A stretch of 32,000 nucleotides of DNA from Candidatus Scalindua sp. (GTDB lineage: Bacteria; Planctomycetota; Brocadiia; Brocadiales; Scalinduaceae). The stretch spans positions 185 through 32,184 of the forward strand of contig JAIQZR010000192.1 of assembly GCA_021777035.1 (NCBI GenBank), in the 5' to 3' direction. The position numbers were made by a program, and so were the translations under genes. How positions within the stretch are numbered: position 1 is the stretch's first letter; the number at the start of each line of letters is the position of its first letter. The notes under the pieces are model-generated. The model ran no database searches, was not told the origin of the DNA, and saw nothing but the letters and a program-made list of their open reading frames with translations. Below, piece after piece: positions 16,291-25,334 of this stretch.

Positions 16291-17757
16291 ATGAGAAAAA
16301 TGATGCTGATAAACCCACATCCCCCTGGAAGGCATGGCGAGGAGAGCATATCTGTCATAGTCCAAATGCCTTTAAACCTGGCATACATTGCAGCCCTTAC
16401 ACCGGGTGACTGGGAGTTTGATGTAATCGATGAAAATATAGAGCTGGCCCTTGATGATAATGGAGATATTACATTTGAGCCGGTAGATATGGTTTGTATT
16501 ACTTCTGTTACCTATCAAGTGTCTAGAGCTTACAAGATTGCAGAGATCTGCAGAAAAAAAGGCATGACCGTAGTCATGGGTGGCATACACGCTTCAGTAG
16601 TACCTGAAGAAGCTTCAAAATATGTAGATGCAATTTTTATCGGAGAGGCCGAAACACTGTGGCCACAAGTCATTAAAGATTTTGAAAATGGCGAACTCAA
16701 AAAGAGGTACGAAGGCGGGCTGCCAGGCCTGTCAGAAATGAAACATGTATTTCCGAATAGGGAACTCCTGAAAAAGAAATATGATTACAAGTTATCATCA
16801 ATTGTTACAACTAAAGGTTGTCCAAATTACTGCGATTTCTGTAGCGTACCAACCTTTCAAGGGAAAAAGTATAGAGAAAGACCGTATGAAGATGTTCTAG
16901 ACGAGATGGAAGCCACTGACTACAAGGGCCTGATGTTTGCCGAAGATAATTTTTATGGCCATAGTAAGAACTCTGCCAACAGAGCAAAAGCCCTCTTTCG
17001 TGGAATGATAGAAAGGGGCATTAAAAAGGACTGGCTTGGATTTACTGCACTCAATATATCAAAGGATGCAGAGGTACTTGACCTGATGGCGAAAAGTGGA
17101 AATTTTGGTTTTCTCTGCGGAATAGAATCGACAAATGAGGCTGTTCTGGAGAAGATGAATAAAACTACTAATTTAAGGATTGGGGCTGATAATTATTATG
17201 ACAGCGTTCAGAAAATCCATGATCATGGTCTTGTTGTTTGGGGGTCAATTGTCCTTGGAGCAGATGGTGATGATAAAGATTCCTTCAAAAGAATGACAGA
17301 GTTTGTATTGGAAAACAATATAGACGTACTTACCTTTGGTATTAATTGCCCGTTTCCAAAGACTGCGCTTTATGATAGACTGGATTCTGAAAAGAGGATC
17401 TTCAGAAAGAATTATCCTGAAGACTGGAAATATTATGATACTGCGCATGTTGTTCACAGACTAGTTGATATGACATTAGAGGATTTCATTGAAGGTATGC
17501 AATATATGTATGACCACCTATATGCCGCCGACAATCTGAGGCTGAGATTTAGGAAATCACTACAAACTATTGGCAGTACGACTCACGGCAAACGTAATGC
17601 TATGTTCGGCTTCAGGGTTGGTTCTGATTGGATACAGGTATTTGAACAAGTACTGGAAAATCTTCGTCTACTATACGATTCAGGTGATTACTACAAGGAT
17701 TGGTATAAGAGCAGTGCCGTTACTGTACCATCGGGTAAAGGTGTCGCGGTAAGTTAG
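16291..17757 (+). CDS. B12-binding-domain radical SAM enzyme (class B, DUF4070-type C-terminus)
   Basis: N-terminal cobalamin-binding-like domain (MMLINP...VVMGGIHASV...IGEAE). Radical SAM cluster motif GCPNYCDFC (CxxxCxxC). AGGAGG lies 7 nt before the ATG, which is 12 nt after the desaturase stop. Confidence 0.85.
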   Translation: MRKMMLINPHPPGRHGEESISVIVQMPLNLAYIAALTPGDWEFDVIDENIELALDDNGDITFEPVDMVCITSVTYQVSRAYKIAEICRKKGMTVVMGGIHASVVPEEASKYVDAIFIGEAETLWPQVIKDFENGELKKRYEGGLPGLSEMKHVFPNRELLKKKYDYKLSSIVTTKGCPNYCDFCSVPTFQGKKYRERPYEDVLDEMEATDYKGLMFAEDNFYGHSKNSANRAKALFRGMIERGIKKDWLGFTALNISKDAEVLDLMAKSGNFGFLCGIESTNEAVLEKMNKTTNLRIGADNYYDSVQKIHDHGLVVWGSIVLGADGDDKDSFKRMTEFVLENNIDVLTFGINCPFPKTALYDRLDSEKRIFRKNYPEDWKYYDTAHVVHRLVDMTLEDFIEGMQYMYDHLYAADNLRLRFRKSLQTIGSTTHGKRNAMFGFRVGSDWIQVFEQVLENLRLLYDSGDYYKDWYKSSAVTVPSGKGVAVS

Positions 17758-17789
17758 ACCACAGGCATTTAATGGTAGTTAAATATAGC

Positions 17790-17837
17790 GAGTTCCATGT
17801 TACATGTTGTGTGTTTTCTACTTGTAACATGGAACTC
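17790..17837 (+). terminator. Perfect 15-bp stem / 18-nt loop hairpin just after the operon; no U-tract
   Basis: GAGTTCCATGTTACA (17790-17804) pairs with TGTAACATGGAACTC (17823-17837). It begins 33 nt after the radical SAM stop. Confidence 0.35.
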
Positions 17838-17938
17838 TGTACTCTATTGCTAAGGAGTATATCCAACCACAATGATCACTCCTCTATTTAACCATATCTC
17901 TTCACTTTAACATTGTCAGTGTCTTTATTGGCAAAATA

Positions 17939-17966
17939 TTGACAAATGTTATTTTTAGGGTAAAAT
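17939..17966 (+). promoter_or_regulatory. Sigma70-like promoter for the 18052 gene
   Basis: TTGACA (17939-17944), 16 nt, TAAAAT (17961-17966). It lies about 85 nt upstream of an ATG preceded by AAGGAAGGTGG. Confidence 0.4.
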
Positions 17967-18051
17967 CGATCTTGTACTTAATATTACAAGAACAAGAACT
18001 ACATACATAAGACAGTATTATGGAAGCGTTTAGAAAAAGGAAGGTGGTCCA

Positions 18052-18543
18052 ATGTTAAATTTTTATAGAAAACTTTTTACCTCTACAGTTGCCCTGTTTG
18101 TACTTGTTGTATTAAACTTTACAAATAGCTCAATTAATAATGTACAAGCAGTAGATTATATAAAAAAACCATCAGAAACTCATCATCAGTCATTCGAACC
18201 TTACGAAAACCCAATTGTTATTCCTGATCCAAAACCAAGAGGTGTTGTTGTAAGAGTCAAAGAGATTACAACATACGAAGTAGTTGTTGACGAGCAAAAG
18301 GTGAATGCAAACAAAGTGACCATGGAGGATCTAGATCTTATAGAGTTGAAAGATAAAAAAGATATCAATTTCCACCAGGTGGACTGTTTTTTTTATGCAA
18401 AGGTAAAGCAGACTCAAACAAAATCAACAGACTATATATCAAGCACTAGATGGAGAGAAGGTGAACAATTCTGGTTGTCAGACGGTGGGAAATACGTTGA
18501 GTGGGAACCGTGGTCTGAATGGTATTCAGGTAATAAATGGTAA
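18052..18543 (+). CDS. Hypothetical secreted protein
   Basis: N-terminal hydrophobic signal (LFTSTVALFVLVVLNFTNSS), a strong SD and its own promoter. I recognise no family. Confidence 0.5.
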   Translation: MLNFYRKLFTSTVALFVLVVLNFTNSSINNVQAVDYIKKPSETHHQSFEPYENPIVIPDPKPRGVVVRVKEITTYEVVVDEQKVNANKVTMEDLDLIELKDKKDINFHQVDCFFYAKVKQTQTKSTDYISSTRWREGEQFWLSDGGKYVEWEPWSEWYSGNKW

Positions 18544-18779
18544 TACGTACAACAAGTAGAGAACCTTGTATTCAGAACGTAACTATTGTAGGTTAAGTTT
18601 GCAGTTGCAGATTAGCTTATTTTTACTTCGTTAAAACCTACTGAAAGTAAAAGGAGGTACAATTAACCATACGAGAACCTCTGCTCTGATGAGCAGACAC
18701 TATGAAATACAGGCGCTTTTTCTAGCACTTTGTTCTCCTGGTAATGCCAGACACTTCATCGTAATAGGTGATTGTCACC

Positions 18780-19451
18780 CTAGTGATCTTGAACTCCTTC
18801 TCTTTTTGTTTTATACAATTCGAAAGATTCATCTTTTTTTGCATACTGGCTGATATTTCTGTCAGTATACATTAAAGACATTACCCTGTTCACACCCCTA
18901 TGTGACATCAAATGGAACTCTTCAAGTGTCACCTCCAGATCTTCCTTTAACCACACCATCTTTTTATGTGATTTGTCTTCTTCTACAAAATCCGGCTCGC
19001 CATTTCCCTCTATAAAGATTGTTTCAGTCTTCTTTATATCATTTTCAGCAAATTGTAAAGTATAATCACTCCAACTACTAAGTATGACAATCTTATACAG
19101 TTTATTTTCATAAAAGAAGAATGTGAAACGTCCTCCACCAACACCCCTTGTAAGTAGTGTGACCTTATTGTTTACCATCGGCTCATATTCAGATTTGTCA
19201 GGAGCAGGAAATTGTTTCTGTACTGCACTTAAGCTGATTCCAAAATCAAGCGGTTGTTCTGCTGTTACTGATTCCGAATTGGATTCATTTTCAGATGCAT
19301 AACCAAGCATTGTTTTAATGGTTTCTACATCCTTATATATTTCTTCATCTGTGATTGTCTTTTGATCGGTAGCAACATTCTCTGTTGTGGTACAGTTTTG
19401 AATAATTACCATTGAAAGAATCGACAATAAAACAAACCAGATTTTTTTCAT
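18780..19451 (-). CDS. Hypothetical lipoprotein
   Basis: Signal peptide with a lipobox-like MVIIQNC. It lies downstream of, and on the same strand as, the MoxR gene. I recognise no family. Confidence 0.5.
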   Translation of the reverse strand: MKKIWFVLLSILSMVIIQNCTTTENVATDQKTITDEEIYKDVETIKTMLGYASENESNSESVTAEQPLDFGISLSAVQKQFPAPDKSEYEPMVNNKVTLLTRGVGGGRFTFFFYENKLYKIVILSSWSDYTLQFAENDIKKTETIFIEGNGEPDFVEEDKSHKKMVWLKEDLEVTLEEFHLMSHRGVNRVMSLMYTDRNISQYAKKDESFELYKTKREGVQDH

Positions 19452-19509
19452 ACTAGTTTTTCGATGTCATGGATGAGAATTGAAAAACGGACTCTGAAGT
19501 TCTCTGATA

Positions 19510-20502
19510 TCAAGGTACTTCTATATTATCAAAGATATTTTGTATGACTTTTTCTGCTGTCATTTCTTCTGCCTCTGCTTCATAGGTGATGATCACTCTA
19601 TGACGCAGTACGTCCATTCCTATTGATTTTACATCTTGTGGAGTAACATAGCCCCTGCCTTTGAGAAAAGCATATGCCTTTGACGCAATAGCGAGGTAAA
19701 TAGTCGCCCTGGGCGACGCACCATATTCAATGAATTCGTCTAAATCTAGCCCGTACTTTTGAGGATCTCTGGTGGCAATTACCAAGTCTACTATATAATC
19801 TTTTATCTTATCATCAATATAAATCTGATCGACTACGCCGCGTAAGCGCTTTATATCGCTTGATTTTAAAACAGAATTTACTTTGATACTTGTATCGGTC
19901 AAGGCCATTCTATCCATGATTTCACGTTCTTCACTTTTATTAGGATAATCCACATTAATTTTTAACATGAATCTATCAACCTGTGCTTCCGGTAGAGGAT
20001 AAGTACCTTCTTGTTCAATCGGATTTTGCGTAGCAAGTACCAGGAAAGGGTCTTCAAGTTTAAATGTATCACTGCCAATCGTTACCTGCTTTTCCTGCAT
20101 CGCTTCCAAAAGAGCACTCTGTACCTTTGCGGGTGCCCTATTAATTTCATCAGCAAGAATAATATTTGAGAAAATAGGACCTTTTTTAGTAGTAAACTCT
20201 CCGCTACGAGGATTATATATAAGTGTACCTATCAAGTCTGCCGGCAGAAGATCTGGTGTAAATTGGAGCCGTTGATATTTTACCTGAATTGCTTTTGCCA
20301 GAGTCATTACAGATAATGTCTTTGCTAACCCAGGAACGCCTTCCAACAGGATGTGGCCATTAGCCAGGATGCCAATCAGCAATCTTTCTATGAGATGTTT
20401 TTGTCCTACAATTACTTTCCCCATCTCATTACTCAGATCAGAAAGAACACGGCTCTCTTCCTTGATTACATCAGTTATATTTTTTATATCTTTTGATTCC
20501 AT
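19510..20502 (-). CDS. moxR: MoxR-family AAA+ ATPase
   Basis: Walker A LLEGVPGLAKT. Walker B / sensor region ILADEINRAPAKVQSALLEAMQEKQVTI. Size is typical at about 330 aa. Confidence 0.85.
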   Translation of the reverse strand: MESKDIKNITDVIKEESRVLSDLSNEMGKVIVGQKHLIERLLIGILANGHILLEGVPGLAKTLSVMTLAKAIQVKYQRLQFTPDLLPADLIGTLIYNPRSGEFTTKKGPIFSNIILADEINRAPAKVQSALLEAMQEKQVTIGSDTFKLEDPFLVLATQNPIEQEGTYPLPEAQVDRFMLKINVDYPNKSEEREIMDRMALTDTSIKVNSVLKSSDIKRLRGVVDQIYIDDKIKDYIVDLVIATRDPQKYGLDLDEFIEYGASPRATIYLAIASKAYAFLKGRGYVTPQDVKSIGMDVLRHRVIITYEAEAEEMTAEKVIQNIFDNIEVP

Positions 20503-20719
20503 AATTTATACCTTTTCAGTCGTAGCGACTATAGCCTTTTTTTTGGGAGTTATTCTCTTGCACGTAGACTTTCGCTGGAACTATGGATGTTAGAAGAGAA
20601 CTCTTACTAAAAAAGCGATTAAAAAGCCAGCTAGTTTTTTTCAGATTTGCATAAAACCATAGCCTAGTAGTCGTCTGGAGCAAAAGCCAACGTCTAATAA
20701 TCTTATTAATCAGTATTAG

Positions 20720-23023
20720 TTATTGAATTTCTCTTACTACACTTGCTTCTATCAGATCTTGAATCTTGTTTTTGTTCATTAGGTAGACAAAGTTTGTCTC
20801 TGAACCGGTAACATAATAATCATTACCGGCCTCTTTCCCTACCAGCAATGAAGCCTCGCCATCGTCAAAACTGATAGTGATGTTAAACTGTGGGTTATCA
20901 AACCCATATTTTGATAAATTCTCGTTTGAATACTGTACAATAAACTCACCCATCAGCAATTTCATTGAAGAGATTATTCTATCTGCCAAATTCCCGCTCA
21001 ATAGTATATTTTCTGGCTTGATCATACGCCACATCTGTTCTTCATTTTTCTGAAAAAGCAACTCCTTTTCAGGATGTATTATTTTAATAGACTTTGCATT
21101 CGCACTATCGAAGCTGAACAACGTTCTTGTGACAAGCTCGATACTATAATCCCTGACGTCAGTCCACCCTACCTGAAAAATCATGCCTTCGCCATCCACT
21201 TTCGCATAATAATTAGACTTATCTTTCTCCGGTTCCACTTTATTTCCTATCAGGAGTGTCTTTGTCTTCAATTCTTTTGGCTTTACCAGATCATCTTTCT
21301 GGCTAATTACATGATCACCTTGTGGAGCCACACCAGCATCTTCATATGTTAAAGATGCACTTAACAGGGGATTATCAAATCCATAATCAGCAGAGTTTTC
21401 GGATGAAAGAGCAACTATCTTATCCGCCAACAGAAACGAGAGGTTCCATACCACTTGATTAATGGAGTCCAGTTCAGCTTGCATTGATACAGGGCTAATC
21501 ATATTCCACTTCGGTCTACGCATAGTAGAATCGTCTGCCGTCTCACATATGAGTGTTTTGCCATCCCTTTTGATAACCATTTTCTGAGCACTTTCCTTAG
21601 GGAATTCCATGACTAACTTGTCTCTGAATGCGAGATAACCTTCCGTGGCAATATCATAGAAATTCTCCGATGGTACCGTATAAACCGCATCTTCTCCGTC
21701 TCGTCTCACGTAGCACAGTCCACCATTTTCATCAGCATTACCTATTAAGAATTTCACAGTTTCACCTTCGCCAATCCTCCTGAAGACTGAAACTTCGATA
21801 GGTGAACCTGCTAATCCATACTTTTCAAAGTTAGTACCGCTATCATCAACATATTGCTGTATCTGCAAATCCTTAATTTTTTCTACAAATTCTCTTACAA
21901 CGTCTCTATCAGCAAGAATCTCTTTTGGCGATTTAATCATCCAATCATATTGTACCGTTTTTTCCATAACAAGTGTCGAATCAGGATATTTTAAATCAAT
22001 TTTTTCTATACCGTAAGTGCCGATTGCATCAAACCTCAAGAGCTGCTTGTCACGCAAATCATTTAATTCCAGATCCAGATCGCGAAGAAACATATCCTGT
22101 ACAAAGAAAATTGAACTTTCTCCGTCAAGCTTTGCATAAATTTTTTCATCCAGGCTGTGTCCCAAATGGATAGTTTGCACATCGTTTGCAGTACCAATGC
22201 TGAGAGTAAACACGGGCTTATCCAGTCCGTAGTTGATAATATCTTCTTCGCTATCGGACACAAAATCTTCTTTAGCGATCTTCAGGTTTTTCAATTCATT
22301 GAGCATATCATTGATTCTCTCAGTATCAGCACGGTCTGAAAGCGGTTGTGTTATCCACCAGAGTTGCTCGGCCTTCGAACACACCACAGAATCATTCGAC
22401 TCTCTCTCAAGCCGAACCCTCTCTACCGAATGTTTATCAAACTCAAAAGCCCATTTACTTCTTAAATCATTGATATCTTTGTCTATTTTCTCCAGGAATT
22501 TAGCGTCAACGACAGAAACATCCTTGTCGTCACCCACTGTTATATATACCGTGTCTTGTCCTGCAGCCAGCTTGTCTCCGATATTGACGGTATACCTGGC
22601 AACATCTCCAGATGTTCCGCCAACCATTGAACCCTTTTTCAACCAGAGGCTAATGGTAATAGCTGGAGTTTCAAGACCATACTCTTTCAAACTGAAATTT
22701 GTAGTCTCACTTTTTTCAACAATACCTATTTTTCTCAGAAACTCAAATTGTGAGAGAATTTCAGCCACTTCAGCTTTGTCAGCTCTTAACTGTAGCGGTT
22801 CCAACATCCGCCATGTTTCATTATCAGTGCTCTCAAGGACAATATTAGTATTCCCCTTTTTCATTTCTATTTTATTAATCTGGCCTGGTTTATAATCTGG
22901 CAGTGCCATTTGTTGTCTCTGTACCCACACATCTGTTCTATATTGCTTTCTGTCATATAGAAATATGTATGCCGCACCAATGCCTGCTACTATTAAGAGT
23001 ATTATTGTAGTTTTAAACTTCAT
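20720..23023 (-). CDS. DUF4340-domain protein (accessory component of GldG-type ABC systems)
   Basis: N-terminal TM anchor. Five repeated modules each carry a YG(L/F)(D/E)xP motif: KEYGLETP, INYGLDKP, EKYGLAGSP, ADYGFDNP, SKYGFDNP. It lies directly downstream of the GldG-like gene. Confidence 0.7.
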   Translation of the reverse strand: MKFKTTIILLIVAGIGAAYIFLYDRKQYRTDVWVQRQQMALPDYKPGQINKIEMKKGNTNIVLESTDNETWRMLEPLQLRADKAEVAEILSQFEFLRKIGIVEKSETTNFSLKEYGLETPAITISLWLKKGSMVGGTSGDVARYTVNIGDKLAAGQDTVYITVGDDKDVSVVDAKFLEKIDKDINDLRSKWAFEFDKHSVERVRLERESNDSVVCSKAEQLWWITQPLSDRADTERINDMLNELKNLKIAKEDFVSDSEEDIINYGLDKPVFTLSIGTANDVQTIHLGHSLDEKIYAKLDGESSIFFVQDMFLRDLDLELNDLRDKQLLRFDAIGTYGIEKIDLKYPDSTLVMEKTVQYDWMIKSPKEILADRDVVREFVEKIKDLQIQQYVDDSGTNFEKYGLAGSPIEVSVFRRIGEGETVKFLIGNADENGGLCYVRRDGEDAVYTVPSENFYDIATEGYLAFRDKLVMEFPKESAQKMVIKRDGKTLICETADDSTMRRPKWNMISPVSMQAELDSINQVVWNLSFLLADKIVALSSENSADYGFDNPLLSASLTYEDAGVAPQGDHVISQKDDLVKPKELKTKTLLIGNKVEPEKDKSNYYAKVDGEGMIFQVGWTDVRDYSIELVTRTLFSFDSANAKSIKIIHPEKELLFQKNEEQMWRMIKPENILLSGNLADRIISSMKLLMGEFIVQYSNENLSKYGFDNPQFNITISFDDGEASLLVGKEAGNDYYVTGSETNFVYLMNKNKIQDLIEASVVREIQ

Positions 23024-23046
23024 AATTTAATTAAAGCCTCCGATTA

Positions 23047-24633
23047 TTATCTTCTTCTTCTCCACCAGACGAAGCCGCCAATTATTATTCCAATAGAAGG
23101 TAGTCCTGCAATAGACAACCAAAATATTGCGGCTAGTTGTCCAGGTCTGACAATAGCCCTTCTGACATCAGGAGCCTTTGCTGATATCCCTAACTCCTTT
23201 TCCCTCCTAGCCAGCCAGCTTATCGCATTTAAGACAAGATCCTGATTACCCGGATTATCAGAAAATGCGTTTGCGGCAAAATCTGTATCACCAAAGATAA
23301 CAACACGTGGCCCCTTTTTACCAATATCTGCAAACGCCTGCGTAGCATGTGGAGGTGCAGTAGGATTTGGCTTCGCTTCTCTTAACTCCGATGCCACTGC
23401 TAATATAATCGGAGAGCTGATGTCCGAATCCTCATCATATTTTGGTCTTTTTTTACCAACTATCTCAGTTTCACCCCAACTTTGATCAGGGGCCTGTACA
23501 ATCCCTACTGCAGAAAATGCCATTGCATCACTCAATGGGACAATACTAAGTGCGCTTGAACCATAGAAAACAGACGTCAGCTTTTTGATGTCGTTTGTGA
23601 TTTCGTGGTCTAAGTACTTATCATCACTTATATATACCTCAACAACTGTCTGCATACCAAAAAGCGGCATATTCACTTTGTTGTATACAACCGCATCATC
23701 CCTGACCACTACGCCATACTCTCCTAGCAATGCACTTAAGCCGGATGATTTATTCACACCTACGGCAGGCTCCAGCATTACGATTAACTTGCCGTTTTTA
23801 AGTTCACCCTTATCATTTATCAACCTTGCTGAAGTCCCTACATAGTCGCGGATGTAGTTTGTCTCTTGTGTTGAGAAATTCTTTGTTGGTCCTGCGATGA
23901 AGAGTATGTCGCAATTTTCAGGAACTCTCTTCTGTTTTAGCAAATCAAGAGGCAGGACGTTGTAATTAGCACGCTTGATAGCACTTGCCAGATTTCCAAT
24001 CCCTGCTCGCTCAAAGTCTCCGTAATCTCTCTCTCCATGTCCTTTGGTAAAGTACACGTTTGTCTGTTTTTCTCGTGTTACATTTAAGACGGCAGACGTG
24101 AAGATCTCTTCGCCCTTGAATTTAAAAGGAAATTCTCTTTCAATTACTTCAGATTGCAGTACATGCTTACTCTTATCTCCACAAGTGAAAATTATGGAGT
24201 TTATTTGCAATTGCTCCAGATCCATCTTGAGCTTCTCTGCAAGCTCAGTTATTTTTGTACGATCGGTCAAAGGGTTCAGAAGAGTAACCGTTATTTTATC
24301 TGATAAATACTTGTATTCCTCTAGTATGTCTATAACCTGCCCGTAAAAACGGTAGTCCTGTTTTTTTACCAGAAGTGAAGTAATAAAAACGGGTTGATCT
24401 AGATTTTTCAGAATTTTCTTTGTTTTGGCAGTTAATGAGTATTTTCCCGACGCAGTAAAGTCGCAACGATAATAATGCCTATCGTTAATGTAGCTGACAA
24501 ATACAAAGATGGCTACTGCGATAAGTATCATAAAGATTACATTAGCCCCGATCAGGGTTTTCTTTTTTCTTATATCTTGTGGATTCTCTGATGTTGTTAC
24601 TTCTTTATTATTCAATGACTTTCCTACCTCCAC
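23047..24633 (-). CDS. GldG-like ABC-transporter auxiliary protein (ABC_transp_aux)
   Basis: TM helices at both ends (C-terminal LAAIFWLSIAGLPSIGIIIGGFVWWRRRR) flank a large extracytoplasmic domain. It follows and overlaps the ABC-2 permease. Confidence 0.7.
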   Translation of the reverse strand: MEVGKSLNNKEVTTSENPQDIRKKKTLIGANVIFMILIAVAIFVFVSYINDRHYYRCDFTASGKYSLTAKTKKILKNLDQPVFITSLLVKKQDYRFYGQVIDILEEYKYLSDKITVTLLNPLTDRTKITELAEKLKMDLEQLQINSIIFTCGDKSKHVLQSEVIEREFPFKFKGEEIFTSAVLNVTREKQTNVYFTKGHGERDYGDFERAGIGNLASAIKRANYNVLPLDLLKQKRVPENCDILFIAGPTKNFSTQETNYIRDYVGTSARLINDKGELKNGKLIVMLEPAVGVNKSSGLSALLGEYGVVVRDDAVVYNKVNMPLFGMQTVVEVYISDDKYLDHEITNDIKKLTSVFYGSSALSIVPLSDAMAFSAVGIVQAPDQSWGETEIVGKKRPKYDEDSDISSPIILAVASELREAKPNPTAPPHATQAFADIGKKGPRVVIFGDTDFAANAFSDNPGNQDLVLNAISWLARREKELGISAKAPDVRRAIVRPGQLAAIFWLSIAGLPSIGIIIGGFVWWRRRR

Positions 24634-25334
24634 TTTCTACTCTCAACATTTCGTACTGTAATAAACAAAAGTAATGTCGTAAAACTCAAATAGTAAATTA
24701 CATCCCTGGTATCCACAATGCCTTTTGTAAAAGAAGACCAATGATCATAAGTCCCAATATATCTTAGAGCTTCGTAAAACCAACCATCCCCATATGTACT
24801 CAAAAAACCGACTACCCAGAGAATTATTAATGCAACTATCCCTATCACAGCAGCAACAACCTGGTTCTTTGTTAACGATGACACAAGCAAACCAACAGAT
24901 ACAAATAGCGCACCCATGAGCAACAGTCCAATATAACTGGAAAAGATAGGCCCGAAATCAGGATTTCCAAAAATGGACAGGAACAATACATAAATCCATG
25001 TAGGAAGTATCATCACCGCATACAAGCTTAAGGCGGCAAGAAACTTACCAAACACCACATCAAAATCCGTTACCGGAGAAGTCATGAGAGTCTCAATCGT
25101 TCCGGACTTTGACTCATCCGAAAAGAGTTTCATGGTGATTACCGGTGTAAGCAACAGAAGGAAAAATTGAATTGAGTCCAGGCTACCCTTAAGGGACGCT
25201 TCCTGCCAGAACTGCAAATTACCCGCAAAAAAGAAACCGGCTGCGATTAAGAACACAGAAATCACAACGTATGCAATTGGCGAATAGAAGTAGGACAGTA
25301 ATTCTCGTTGATATATAGCAGATACATTACGCAT
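24624..25334 (-). CDS. ABC-2 type transporter permease
   Basis: A 236-aa polytopic membrane protein with about 6 hydrophobic segments. Its start overlaps the ATPase stop by 8 nt. Confidence 0.75.
   Translation of the reverse strand: MRNVSAIYQRELLSYFYSPIAYVVISVFLIAAGFFFAGNLQFWQEASLKGSLDSIQFFLLLLTPVITMKLFSDESKSGTIETLMTSPVTDFDVVFGKFLAALSLYAVMILPTWIYVLFLSIFGNPDFGPIFSSYIGLLLMGALFVSVGLLVSSLTKNQVVAAVIGIVALIILWVVGFLSTYGDGWFYEALRYIGTYDHWSSFTKGIVDTRDVIYYLSFTTLLLFITVRNVESRKWR

Noticed and set aside
22233-22895. A 220-aa plus-strand ORF
   Set aside because: It is entirely antisense to the DUF4340 gene. Its Ser/Leu-rich low-complexity translation is typical of the reverse frame of a Glu/Lys/Asp-rich gene.
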